Part shown: one piece after another, positions 42,097 to 54,512 of the stretch
How positions within the stretch are numbered: the stretch's first letter is position 1
Layout of the letters: each line of letters opens with the position of its first letter
Assembly (NCBI GenBank): GCA_964016885.1
Contig: OZ024741.1
Coordinates: forward strand, 126,728,001 to 126,792,000
Direction: 5' to 3'
DNA: 64,000 nt
DNA from: Eledone cirrhosa
Lineage: Eukaryota
Program-made: the position numbers and the translations under genes
Notes under the pieces: generated by a model
Database searches by the model: none
What the model saw: only the letters and a program-made list of their open reading frames with translations
What the model was told of the DNA's origin: nothing

Positions 42097-42520
42097 TTGG
42101 GAACTAGGAGCGACCGTGACGGAAAATCCAACTGTCGTGATAGGGGAGGCTGCCCTCTCAGGGGAAACTGCCTGACTGATAAGGTTATTTATAGGTGCAC
42201 CGTGACTAGACATAGCGGAGTTAAACACTATATAGGAGCCACCTCCGGCCAGTTTAAAACGAGATTTAGGACGCATCTCCACTCTTTCAGGAACAAAAAT
42301 TTAAGGCACTCCACATCGTTTGCTAACTATGTCACCACATTCCAAAACGCCAACATAAGCTTCTCCACACACTGGGATATTGTCAGTAGGGCTGCACCCT
42401 ACAACTTCAGGAGGAAATGCCAGCTCTGCCTCTTGGAGCTGTACTACATCATAAGAACACCCCCAGGAGCTCTTAAACAACCGAGCAGAGTCGGTTATTA
42501 ATTGTAAGCACCGGGTACAG
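42097..42520 (+). pseudogene. PLE GIY-YIG endonuclease fragment (Cys-rich type, possibly Naiad-like)
   Basis: [18 protein letters not shown]...[16 protein letters not shown]...W.I...CQLCLLE..II, then a frameshift to LNNRAESVINCKH. Confidence 0.88.
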
Positions 42521-42951
42521 GCGTCTATTTTGCCTGGGAGGCGATTGTGGCATGAACACTACGAACTGGGTCCTCCCACCCGAACCATAACACTCCGGTG
42601 GGCACGCAGTATGAACAAACATATGTGAACCTAATGTACACCGCTGACCATACTCGAACAAACATTAGTGAAGCAACTAAATAATAAGCACTAAATAATA
42701 AATAAGCACTAAATAATAAAAGGACACTAGAGACCTGACCCGTACTGGCAATAGTGAAACAATACACATAACATAACGATGCTAAACACCAGGCACTTAA
42801 ATCCACATGGGTCTGATTGCTTAAACACCGGCCAGAGTTACTCCCCCTGCTCTGTGATAATAAAAACACATGAACGGAATAAATGAATGAGGATGTCAAT
42901 TTAACCGTAAATTCACTCCCTGGACCTATATTGAACTTTATTTTGCTTTCC

Positions 42952-42996
42952 ATGCCCTTGATAAGCCTGCTAAGGGCGAAGCGTACGTAGGTGCAT
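42952..42996 (+). ncRNA. Decayed hammerhead at the 3' end of the GIY-YIG PLE
   Basis: ATGCCC-TTGATAA-GCC tgctaag GGC-GAAG-CGTACG-TA-GGTGCAT; three core substitutions; (CA)n begins about 50 bp later. Confidence 0.55.
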
Positions 42997-43053
42997 AATT
43001 ATATAAACATGTTTTAACGGTCTTAAACTCTTTGTATTCACTTCCTTTACACA

Positions 43054-43373
<320 letters not shown>

Positions 43374-43460
43374 TACTTCCACTCGTGTAGGACACCTCGG
43401 TTATTTTTCATTTTGTAAAAAAAACCTCACTTTCTAATATATACATATATATATATATAT

Positions 43461-43501
<41 letters not shown>

Positions 43502-43502
43502 C

Positions 43503-43601
<99 letters not shown>

Positions 43602-43614
43602 CTACATATATATA

Positions 43615-44465
43615 TATGAATAAATTTAGTCCTTCATCAGTGATCTTCCAACCTCCATTGGTATTTCATCGCTTTAAAGACCATATACCTCCGGTTGGTG
43701 CGAGCAACGGCTAAAGAAAGTCGTTGGGACACGTAAATAAGGGAAACGAGCGAGACTGTAAACAATCAAAGATGGCGATGCAACGAAAAGTGAGGAAGAA
43801 GGAGTCAAGTCCCAGAAATCGATGAATATAAGTTCTGTCAAATCGTGGACGAGAGAGAATAAAGACCATCAAACCTGGTCGAAATGTGAGCATGGAAAGA
43901 ATTTCGCACAGGTCAAACGGGAGGAAGAAGGAGTCTAGTCACTGAATTCGGTGAACATAAGTTCTGTGAAATCGTAGACGAGAGAGAAAAAAAGGAACAA
44001 CCAGCCCGGTCAAAATGTGCGTGAGGAAAGAATTTCGCATAGGTCAAAAGGGAGGAAATGGGAGAGGGAGTAGCAGAGAGTGAGTGAGTGAAAGGTGAGG
44101 AAGAGGCTAACAGAGAGAGTGACTGTTAGAGGGGTAAAGGGAAGTGAGGATACAGAGAAAGAGGCAGCAGTAAGAATGAAAAAACGGGTCACAGCGGAGG
44201 AAAATATATATATGTGTAAATATGAAAACAAGACGGGCTGCCTGGTTGCAAATGGGTTACATATGAATAAATTTAGTCCTTCATCAGTGATCTTCCAACC
44301 TTCATTGGTATTTCATCGCTTTAAAGCCCATATACCTCCTTGGTGCGAGCAACGGCTAAAAAAAGTCGTTGGGACACGTAAATATGAGGAACGAGCGAGA
44401 CTGTAAACAATCAAAGATGGTAATGCAACGAAAAGTGAGGAAGTAGGAGTCAAGTCCCAGAAATC
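43615..44465 (-). repeat. Direct-repeat element (about 205-bp repeats, about 647-bp period)
   Basis: ATGAATAAATTTAGTCCTTCATCAGTGATCTTCC...GAGTCAAGTCCCAGAAATCGAT at about 43616 and about 44263. Confidence 0.75.
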
Positions 44466-44748
44466 GATATACATATTATTGGTGTTTGAGTCTTAAAGCA
44501 TTCGTATGCGGTAGGCCGTATGATCACTCGATGCCCTCGTAGAGGAGAGTATGATATCACAGAAAAAATAGGAAAATCTGCTTCGTAGAATCGAGACGTA
44601 TCCGAGGACCGCGCGATTTCAGAGTCAGGTTTCCTCACCACATCGATCGTGCCTCGAGCTGGTCGCGCGAGAAACAATTGTAATATGTCCCATAAATTCC
44701 TTTCGGCGCAACACTGATTCTCTTTTTTCTGTGATATACATATATATA

Positions 44749-44999
44749 TGGTGGCTGCCAACTCGTTTTCGAGTCCGGCAACTACTTCATATCCATGTAG
44801 GAGAACCCCTACTGATGCGCTGAACGAGTGTGACTTTTTAGTCTAGCCAGCGACTTGAAAACTCTGGTACAAACAATACACCTGTGACAATTATTGACAC
44901 ATAGTGCTGGGCCCATGCACCATGTGACGACAAGTGCAGAGAGATATCAAGGTATAAAGCAATGCCTGTGCCGTTAAGCTTTTATAGTGAGCAAAGGCA
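44749..44999 (-). mobile_element. RTE-derived element, 3' fragment
   Basis: Matches the 3' 250 bp of 52128-52732. Confidence 0.8.
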
Positions 45000-46912
45000 T
45001 ATATATATATACATACATGTGAATGTGCGTGGCTTGGTGGTTAGAGTATTTAGTTCGCCATAGTAAGGTCGTCATTTCGATTCCCGAACAAAACACTTTA
45101 TTTTGCGCTGCTGGCAAACGTGTTGCCCGTGTAATTCAAAGCCCCATCCAGGTCCTAGAATGTGTTGCACTAAATCTCTGTGAGAACTATGTTAAGAGTA
45201 CGTCTGTCTCTGGAATGTTCAACTACTTAGTATCAACTGGAGAACTCGTCGCCGTAATCGACGGAGTGCCTGTGTTTGTGTTTAGAAAATATCCGTAGGT
45301 GTGGAAAAAAAAGGGACACAATGCTCGATCGCCAAGAGAGCTGATATATTATTTTATTCATTTATGTTCAGACACGGAACCAAAGCGCCACCTAAGATTT
45401 CAAAGGCCCATCTACCTAATTTTACACTTTACCTCCAGAATGTAAGAGGGTTCAAAATTGTGACCTAATTTTCAGGCGCTTGAATATTAGGTCAATACTG
45501 GGCCTTGAAACCTTAGGTAGCGCGTTTGTTCCGCGTATGAACATAAATAAATAATATAATATATAGTATCTGTGAAGCTATTCCAGTAACTCGAGCTTCA
45601 GGAGTTCCATTCTTAAGTGCAGGTAAGCACGACACTCTTGGTCTTCGAGTTACTGGTACAGCTTTACACCTATAATCACATACACACACATTCATACATA
45701 TAGAATACATTGAAAATTAATTAAAACACTTAGGCAGCGTAGTCATTATAAATGTAATCACAAAACCGTTGACTGAATCGCACGATTTTCAGACGTTTTG
45801 GTGATATACGTAATGATGGATCCTCCGTCGATTTTCAGGACGATTATTCAGTTGTTTGTTCAACTGAACGTCCGACTGATGAATAAGCGTGTAACTCGTT
45901 AAATATTCCACAGACACATCTACTATTAACGTTAATCCGAAGCCAATTGTTCGTTAAGTTGAGCGTGGATTAGTTTTCTGCTCAACGTAATCCCTAGACA
46001 AACTTAGCATGAGTCAATATGTGACAGGGATGATCATTGAAACTAGAGGTACAATCAATCCGACGGCTTTCCATACACATTCTATGTACCCGATTTTACA
46101 CTCACGGCTTCGGTCGACCCAAGCCCCTGGTAACGAGGTAAAGACAACTACTAAAGATGTCACGCACAGGATCGAACCTTGGTCTCTAGTCGGGATGTGA
46201 ATTTCTTAACGACTCAGACATACAACGTATTAACACTTTCGTTAACAAACCCCTTGAAACCGAGATTCGTTCTCTGGTTGTTTTAAAGTGTTTATATTTG
46301 TTTAAAAATTTACCATCATTTTACACAAGAACCTTTATTCAGATATATTCTAAATACCTGATCAATAAAGTTACATTATTAAAACTCTACAAACTCTAGA
46401 TTTTTTTCAAAATTATTTGAAAATCATAGGCAGTTTTTTCATTAGAAATATAACCTTTTATCATAATTTTATGTAAGAACCTTGACATTTGAAACACCTG
46501 CTTACTAATGAAAAGAGTTATATTATTAAACCCCTGTGAAGTCTTGATTATTTTCAAAATTATTTGAAATTTACAGATTGTGTTTTTCATTGGAAATATG
46601 GTATTGAAATTTTTAATGTAATCGATGCTTAATAAAATAAATGATTCTACAATTCACAAAATGCAGGAGAGAAATTGAACGAGGGAAATGAAATCTTGAA
46701 ATATAATTCATTCCAAATGTTCGCGGTGTTGTCAAATAATTGATATCTTATGGAAGTATATTTTCGGGGTTTGAAAAAAAAAATTTTATATTCATAAAAA
46801 AAATGTTGATAATTGCTACAAGTAGATATTTATTTTAGCCATTAGGATAATCAACAAATAAACAAATACTCTAATTTGAGAAATCAAATTATGTTTTTGT
46901 AAATATAATATA

Positions 46913-47816
46913 CTAGCAGTAAAGCACGGCGTTGCTCAGTAGCTGTGTTAAAGTTACAATGTTAAGTTCCTTTCTTGGTTTAAAAACTGTAGAGTCTACA
47001 GTGTAGACTTTCATGTGGTTCTTTTGATTAATATTTCCTCAACCAACAGTATGCCTTATGAAGTTAAGAAAACATAACCATAACCCGAATGTTAAAACAA
47101 AAGAGGATGCTGGGGATAAAAACTGCGCTGGTAATCTATTAACAAAAATCGAAAATGTAAACACTGCAACACTTGTCTCAAACATCAGCGAAAAACATCA
47201 GCGTAACCAAACTATCAGTTATTTTGAAACAAAGAAATTGGATGGAGATGAAAAAAAAAAAATGCGTTATCTGTCTGTCGTTTAAAATCATTGCTTCTAA
47301 ATAAAAATCTCATAAGGCTTTATTCGAGATCAATGCTTTTTTTTACAAAATATTTGCTTGTTTTACGGTGTAAATAGGCTTGTTTTCAAGTAAAAATATT
47401 GTTTTAAAAGACTTTTTAATGGAAATGAAGCAAAATGGAAGCTTAATGTTGAAACTTCGAACTCATGAATTTTGCAGGTTAAAATTGTTCTAATCCGAAA
47501 ACTGTTCGCGTATTTTTGTACCTTTGCACGTGTCGTTTATTCTTAACGTAAATAGACAGAATGGCGCCATAAAAGGAAAATAACTCGTCCCGCATCTCTA
47601 TTTATACATTTGAACTGAAAAATCAATACATTACAAATTCGATTTTTGAACTTGGCGTGGGTCGATTTGAAAATTTGTTTGACCGATGTCTTCGCCGGAC
47701 GTTCATCTATAAGTGTAGCAATTTCACCGAAATTTGAACGTACGGTTTAGGATGAGATGTGTGCCGACCGTTTTAGTAGACAGACAGACAGACAACCTCA
47801 GTTTTATATATATAGA
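46913..47816 (-). mobile_element. Non-autonomous Helitron
   Basis: Plus strand CTAGCAGTAAAGCACGGCGTTGCTC ... CAGACAACCTCAGTTTTATATATATAGA. Confidence 0.7.
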
Positions 47817-48270
47817 CTAGCAGAGGTACCCGGCGTTGCTCGGGTATTAAATAGCAGTTATGTATACCATTTATGTCAATACTTGAGTGCTGCTTCGAAA
47901 ACTATACTTTTACAAAATCATCGGCTTTTTCCAAAAGGGGGTTCCTGCCCTCAGGGGTCCCCTATTCAATATGTGCCAATTTTGAGAGTTCACATTCATC
48001 TGTAGAACAAACGTAGCCCATGTTTCCAGTTTTGTGAAAATCGGTTGCAAATTTCAGAAGTTATGACGTTTTGTTGCATTGCACTGCAATGCTTCAGTCG
48101 ACTCCAAGGAAGTGGTTAAAGAGGCTTATCTGCCGGGAGGCCCTATAATCAATATCTGGAAAAATGAAAGTGCCCCTGACCATCCGGAGTACATAAGTAA
48201 CCTATGTCTTAAGTTTGGTGAAAATACTGTAGAAATGCATATGGTTTACACACACGCGCGCGCGCACGTG
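47817..48270 (-). mobile_element. Second Helitron joined head-to-tail
   Basis: Junction TATAGA|CTAGCAGAGGTACCCGGCGTTGCTCGGGT; far end unclear. Confidence 0.6.
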
Positions 48271-48893
48271 TGTGTTTGTGTGTGTGTATGTATTTGTGTG
48301 TGCGTATGTATATGTATGTGTATGTCCATCGGCGCATACGTATGTACTGGCCTAAATCTTCAGTATTTACTTTTACTATTTTAAGGCAAAGTTGAAATCC
48401 CGTCGAGGTTAACTTTGCCTTTCATCCTTACGGGGTCGATAAAATAAAGTACCAGTAATGTACTGGGTATTTGCTGGCCTTGTGTCAAAAGTAGAAACAA
48501 CTATTTTAATTACCTCTGTCATTTTCGTTTACAATTTTATTTACATCATTCTTAAACTCCGGGGCTGGAAATCATTCGGTTATTTTAAATAGAATATTAG
48601 TCTAACGACTCCATTTACACCATAAACTTGGTCTTGTCTTTGCATGAAATTGTTCTTCTCGTTCCACATAACGACGTATTATCCTCGCTTTTTTTCCGTT
48701 CATTACCAGGAAGGTCTTCACGAACCAAAATATCGCCTTCCTGTTTTCCTTCGGCTGCAACGTTTCTCAAAATATTTAATCCAGCGTTCACAGATTGAAT
48801 TATTTAGTTTCAGAAAATCCCATTAAGGGTGAAAGCAGCGATTCTTTGCTTAAACTTTCTTTCTTTCTCAACCCCTCTTCATTTTTTCTCATA

Positions 48894-48926
<33 letters not shown>

Positions 48927-49189
48927 ACTCATACCCCCTCTCTCTCTCTTCCTCTACAGAATGGAGAACAATAAAGAACGCGCAGATATCTCTCTCTCTC
49001 TCTCTCTCTCTCTGTCTTTTTCGTGTAATAAGTGTGATAACAGAACCACAACAAATAGATAAAAACTGAAACAAAAGGTCGCAAATATCGGGGGATAGAG
49101 ACTCTTGAGGGTCACTCGTAGAGAAAGCCCACAAAATGCCACGACCACCAAGTTCCCCTCTCAGCTGTCATCCTTCAATCTTCGGGCGT

Positions 49190-49600
49190 ATTTACAAAGC
49201 AGGCCAGTTCAACTCGTACAATGTTGGCCGCCCTGATCCACCTTTCAACAAACGTACTGGAAGACCGCATTTCACTCTCCACCCTCATTTACCTCTTAAA
49301 GCAAAACTTGAAATAGTTAGTAAGTGCCACACCGAAGAGAACATTTCCTATATACAATTCTTTTCACCGTGTCCAACACAAATTCTTTCACCATGACCTC
49401 CACACAGACGAAAACGGCATGTCCTTCCTGACAAAAGGAAGATAGCATTGCTGTCTTCCCAATGGCCAAATCTATCTTACACAAGACAGCAGCTTTTCGA
49501 CATAGGTACACTAATTAGCAATGCTCGGACACTCGGCGAATACGTTCCATATGTTCACAGGACTTCGCAAACATGGAAGCGTTTGCCTGAGGCATATCAG
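49190..49600 (-). pseudogene. L1/Tx1-like LINE ORF2 C-terminal remnant
   Basis: Minus-strand VKEFV/WTR..LTNYFKF..MRVE...FVERWIRAA pattern with stops. Confidence 0.5.
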
Positions 49601-49792
49601 TTCCTTCACATAATTGTGTTAACATCCAATGATGTGGAGTATTCTTACCTGCTAACACCTGTTTATCAACGAGATGTCGCAAATCTTGCGGATAAGCAAC
49701 ACAATAATATATATATAGTTCAAGGAAACGATAAAACGAGTTACAAAAAGTCTTATTAGTTTCTCGCTTTATATGAAAAAGAGGAAAGAAAG

Positions 49793-49826
49793 TTCGACAT
49801 TTCGGGATTTAGCCCTTCTTCGAGAA
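49793..49826 (-). ncRNA. Decayed minimal hammerhead of the Neptune-like PLE
   Basis: Minus strand TTC-TCGAAGA-a-GGG ctaaat CCC-GAAA-TG-TC-GAA. Confidence 0.5.
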
Positions 49827-50539
49827 TACAAAAAAATAGAGACAGGATCACAAAGGATAGACACAGAAAATAAAGGTAGTCAGTAGTAAAAAGACCAAAA
49901 TAATTGTTTCTACTTTTGGCACAAGGCCAGCAATTATCCCAGTGTATTACTGGTTCTTTATCTTATTGACCCCGTAAGGATGAAAGGCAAAGTTAACCTT
50001 GGCGGGATTTGAGAATAAACAAGACAAACCGTTAGGTAGTCTTGGTAACGATTTTTGAACGCAAAGTGCAATGTGTCTTTATTAGTGTCGATATTATGTA
50101 TGAACGTATGTGTATGTTTAAGTGTGTGTTATTTAAAAAAAATAATTGTAAAGTATCAACGTTTGTGTGTGTTTATGCATATATCTGTGTGGTTGTGGAT
50201 ATTTATGTGTGACTGAGTGTGAATCTGAATGTGTGTGCTGTATATGTGCGTTGAAGTTTATTGTGTGTGTGTGTAAAATATCTGGCAGGGTTTGAGTATT
50301 TCCGTGAGATGTGTGGATTTGTATGTGTGAGTATGATTAAATTTTAACGTGTGTATGTTGAAGTTTATATTGTGTATGTGCAAAGTATCTAACTGTGTAT
50401 CTAACTGTGTATCTAACTGTGATATGTATGTATGAGTTGTGTATGTTTTAACGAGTTTGTGACATAGGATAGAGGAAGTATGTTTACTGTGTGTTTTAGA
50501 GTATATGGCAGAGCGGATTATAGGAAGATGAGTGCGCAT

Positions 50540-51090
50540 TAAGGTAGGAGGACGAAAAGCTTATAAAGAAAATATAAGTTGTTGTTCTCTTCGCCAACGC
50601 GAGTCAGCGGATCTGGCACAATGTGCGAGCCCTAAAACACTGAGGGAGGGGGGAGATTGGTGTCAGGTTGCCGACCTAGATGTCCCGTAGGGGTTCAACA
50701 AATCTGTCGGTCCGGCGATGGCCAGTTTGACCAAGGTAGATGGCTCCGAGGGTTTGAAGTAGGCGGAGGCGATGAGGGAGCGATTGGAAGGGTAAATGGA
50801 CACAAAGATATCCAGAAAGTTGACAGAAGAAGTGGAGATAGAGGTGATAAATTCGTGGCCGGTTGGAAGGAGCAGTGAAAGGACAACAAGGAGTCAAGCT
50901 GGGCTCGGGTGAAAGACGAGGCGCCAAAACAATCATCAATGTAACGACCGTACAGCTCAGGGGTTGGGCCGGAGTATTGAAAAAAGGTTTATGCCTCAAC
51001 GTAACCGACAAATAAGTTGACGTAGCTGAAGCCCATTTTTGTACCCATGGCCACCCCAAAACGCAAAAAAACAGATCACCAAGATTTAAC
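50540..51090 (-). pseudogene. Internally deleted PLE (Neptune-like) RT fused to GIY-YIG
   Basis: GVAMGTKMGFSYVNLFVGYVE, YGRYIDDCFG, VNFLDI, AYFKPS, then directly GAIYLGQTGHRRTDRFVE, then REQQLIFSL. Confidence 0.88.
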
Positions 51091-51313
51091 CATTCATACA
51101 TTATTTATTTGATTTACATAAGTTTCACTCTCCTTGGTGAGCTATGTTTTGTGTTAATATATGCTCTCTGGTTATAAATCTACGATTACCGGAAGTATAC
51201 TAACTGGATTTACCTCTGAAATACCTTTCGCTAATCTGGATATTGAAAAGACCACACTTGAGCTTTAAATGTCTGAATGCCTTACTGCTGTGTGGTCAAC
51301 TTATAGATTTTAC

Positions 51314-51369
<56 letters not shown>

Positions 51370-51448
51370 ATCTCTTTCTCTTAATTTCGAGTATATTTTT
51401 TTGACCGGCCACCTTCCTGGTGGCAAGGTTGTAAAAGAAAAGAAATTG

Positions 51449-52099
51449 TCATCCCTTGAATCGCAAGAATGTTTTGCAAATTTTGAAGGTGCCAGCTATC
51501 GCAGCCATTTGTAGCCTATGAATTAGGGAGCTGCGCTTTTTGTCCGCAAATCCAAGTTCAGTCATACTTTGGTCCAAGCGGGTTGGTATATAACCCGTAG
51601 CTCCAATAATGATGGGTATGAAGCTAAAGGTGTATCTTGGATACTGGATTTGTAAACTCCTCATCAATGGTCCGTAGATGTCCTCCTTCTCCTGTATTTT
51701 TCTGACAACGTTTACATCAAGTGGGCAGCTGATCTCCACAACAGAACACGTTTTCAATGTGTGGTCCCAAACAACAATATCAGGCCGGTTGTGCTTTAAT
51801 TTGGTGGCAGTTTTTATTTTCAGGTTCCACCAGTATTCCTTAGTGCCATCTGTCTCAATATATTCTTCCTCGTTTGTTGTTAATTTTGTTTTCCGAAGTG
51901 CGTTCCAGATGGTTCTAGCTATCCCATCGTGTCTCATGGGGAGGTAGTAGCGAGATGACATTCTTTCGCAGCTGGCAACAATGTGGCTTACATCCTCGAT
52001 CTTTGTTTTACATAGCCTACATTTATTGTCAGCTTCTGGCCCTCCTCTTTTGTGCAGCAGATATTTGTTAGGGAGTTCTTGTTCCTGTATTGCATAGAG
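51449..52099 (-). pseudogene. 5'-truncated non-LTR retrotransposon with restriction-like endonuclease (R4/Dong-like)
   Basis: Open 217-codon frame: AIQEQE, CRLC...HIVASC zinc knuckle, RHD, NRPDIVV, EISCP, IPIIIGATG; short 3' UTR runs into (TA)n at about 51366. Confidence 0.88.
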
Positions 52100-52127
52100 A
52101 TATGTATGTATGTATGTATGTATCTAT

Positions 52128-52732
52128 GTCAGGTCACCAGTTGGTGCTACTGGTAACATGTATCCCAGTACAACCTGTCTCATGGTCAGGTCGTTGGCGA
52201 CTAAACTGGCAACCCCACCAAGGTTTCTTGGTGAGGAGGGTGACTTTGGACATCCTGCAGGACTAAAAACAAAACCTGTCAAAGGGCAAAGGAGCTCTGA
52301 AGAGTCAATGGCCATCCAAAATCACCGGGAGAGATGACCCCTTAGCCTTTGTCAAGGCAGAATTCTAGGAGAAGGAAAACTCTGATATAACACCCGCAAC
52401 CCTGATGGTATCCAATGATGTTGACTTGTTCTTCTCTTTGGTAAATATCATCTTGGTTAAGAGAGTGGGACTGGCTTTGTGCAGTGCCTTTGCTCACTAT
52501 AAAAGCTTCACAACACAGGCATTGCTTTATATCTGGAGATCTCTCTGCACTTGTCGTCACATGGTACCATGGGCCCAGCACTATGTGTCAATAATTGTCA
52601 CAGGTGTAGTGTTTGTACCAGAGTTTTCAAGTCGCTGGACTAAAAAGTCACACTCGTTCAGCGCACCGGTAGGGGTTCTCCTACATGGATATAAAGTAGT
52701 GGCCGTACTCGAAAACGAGTTGGCAGCCACCA
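52128..52732 (+). mobile_element. RTE-derived bipartite non-autonomous element, copy 1
   Basis: 5'UTR-like part plus a 3' part with C2H2 relic ([22 protein letters not shown] in copy 2), hairpin CTCG AAAA CGAG and a (TA)/(TATG)n tail. Confidence 0.8.
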
Positions 52733-52778
52733 TATATATATATATATATGTATGTATGTATGTATTTATATGTGTTTA

Positions 52779-52814
<36 letters not shown>

Positions 52815-52938
52815 TGTATGTATGTATGTGTATGTATATATATATATATGTGTATGTATGTATGTATGTATGTATGTATGTATGTATGTATGTATATGTA
52901 TGTGTGTATATGTATATATGTATATATATATATGTTAT

Positions 52939-53548
52939 GTCAGGTCACCAGTTGGTGCTACTGGTAACATGTATCCCAGTACAACCTGTCTCATGGTCGA
53001 GTCGTTGGCGACTAAACTGGCAACCCCACCAAGGTTTCTTGGTGAGGAGGGTGACTTTGGACATTCTGCAGGACTAAAAACAAAACCTGTCAAAGCGCAA
53101 AGGAGCTCTTAAGAGTCAATGGCCATCCAAAATCACCGGGAGAGATGACCCCCTAGCCTTTGTCAAGGCAGAATTCTAGGAGAAGGAAAACTCTGATATA
53201 ACACCTGCAACCCTGATGGTATCCAATGATGTTGACTTGTTCTTCTTTTTGGTAAATATCATATTGGTTAGGAGAGTAGGACTGGCTTTGAGCAGTGCCT
53301 TTGCTCACTATAAAAGCTTCACGGCACAGGCATTGCTTTATATCTGGAGATCTCTCTGCACTTGTCATCACATGGTATCAATGGGCCCTGCACTATGTGT
53401 CAATAATGGTCACAAGTGTAGTCTTTGTACCAGAGTTTTCAAGTCGCTGGCTGGACTAAAAAGTCACATTCGTTCAGCGCATCGGTAGGGGTTCTCCTAC
53501 ATGGATATAAAGTAGTGGCCGTACTCGAAAACGAGTTGGCAGCCACCA
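52939..53548 (+). mobile_element. RTE-derived element, copy 2
   Basis: Same 5' start GTCAGGTCACC and 3' end GGCAGCCACCA as copy 1. Confidence 0.8.
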
Positions 53549-53587
53549 TGTATGTATGTATGTATGTATGTATGTATATATATATAT

Positions 53588-53990
53588 ATGACCCCTTAGC
53601 CTTTGTCAAGGCAGAATTCTAGGAGAAGGAAAACTCTGATATAATACCTGCAACTCTGATGGTATCCAATGATGTTGACTTGTTCTTCTTTTTGGTAAAT
53701 ATCATCTTGGTTAAGAGAGTAGGACTGGCTTTGAGCAGTGCCTTTGCTCACTATAAAAGCTTCACGGCACAGGCATTGCTTTATATCTGGAGATCTCTCT
53801 GCACTTGTCGTCACATGGTACCATGGGCCCAGCACTATGTGTCAATAATTGTCACAAGTGTAGTCTTTGTACCAGAGTTTTCAAGTCGCTGGCTGGACTA
53901 AAAAGTCACACTCGTTCAGCACATCGGTAGGGGTTCTCCTACATGGATATAAAGTAGTGGCCGTTCTCGAAAACGAGTTGGCAGCCACCA
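53588..53990 (+). mobile_element. RTE-derived element, copy 3 (5'-truncated)
   Basis: Matches the 3' 400 bp of copies 1 and 2. Confidence 0.8.
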
Positions 53991-54021
53991 TATATATATA
54001 TAATATATATATACATATATG

Positions 54022-54054
<33 letters not shown>

Positions 54055-54117
54055 GTGTGTGTATATATATGTATATATATATATGTATATGCATATATGT
54101 ACATGCATGTATATATG

Positions 54118-54153
<36 letters not shown>

Positions 54154-54281
54154 CATATATATATGAATATATGTATGTATATATATATATACATATACAT
54201 ATGAATATATGTATGCATATATATACATATATTCATATATGTATATACATGTATATGTATGTGTATATGTATATGTATGTG

Positions 54282-54313
<32 letters not shown>

Positions 54314-54332
54314 TGTATGTATATACGTATCT

Positions 54333-54363
<31 letters not shown>

Positions 54364-54383
54364 TATGAATATATATATATGTA

Positions 54384-54469
54384 TGTGTGTGTGTGTGTGT
54401 GTGTGTATGCCACTATGTTTGTGTGTGCATGTGTGTATTCCACACATGCACACACAAACATAGTGGCAT

Positions 54470-54492
<23 letters not shown>
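54384..54492. repeat. Perfect hairpin with a 5-nt loop inside microsatellite
   Basis: (TG)n TATGCCACTATGTTTGTGTGTGCATGTGTG tattc CACACATGCACACACAAACATAGTGGCATA (CA)n. Confidence 0.9.
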
Positions 54493-54512
<20 letters not shown>

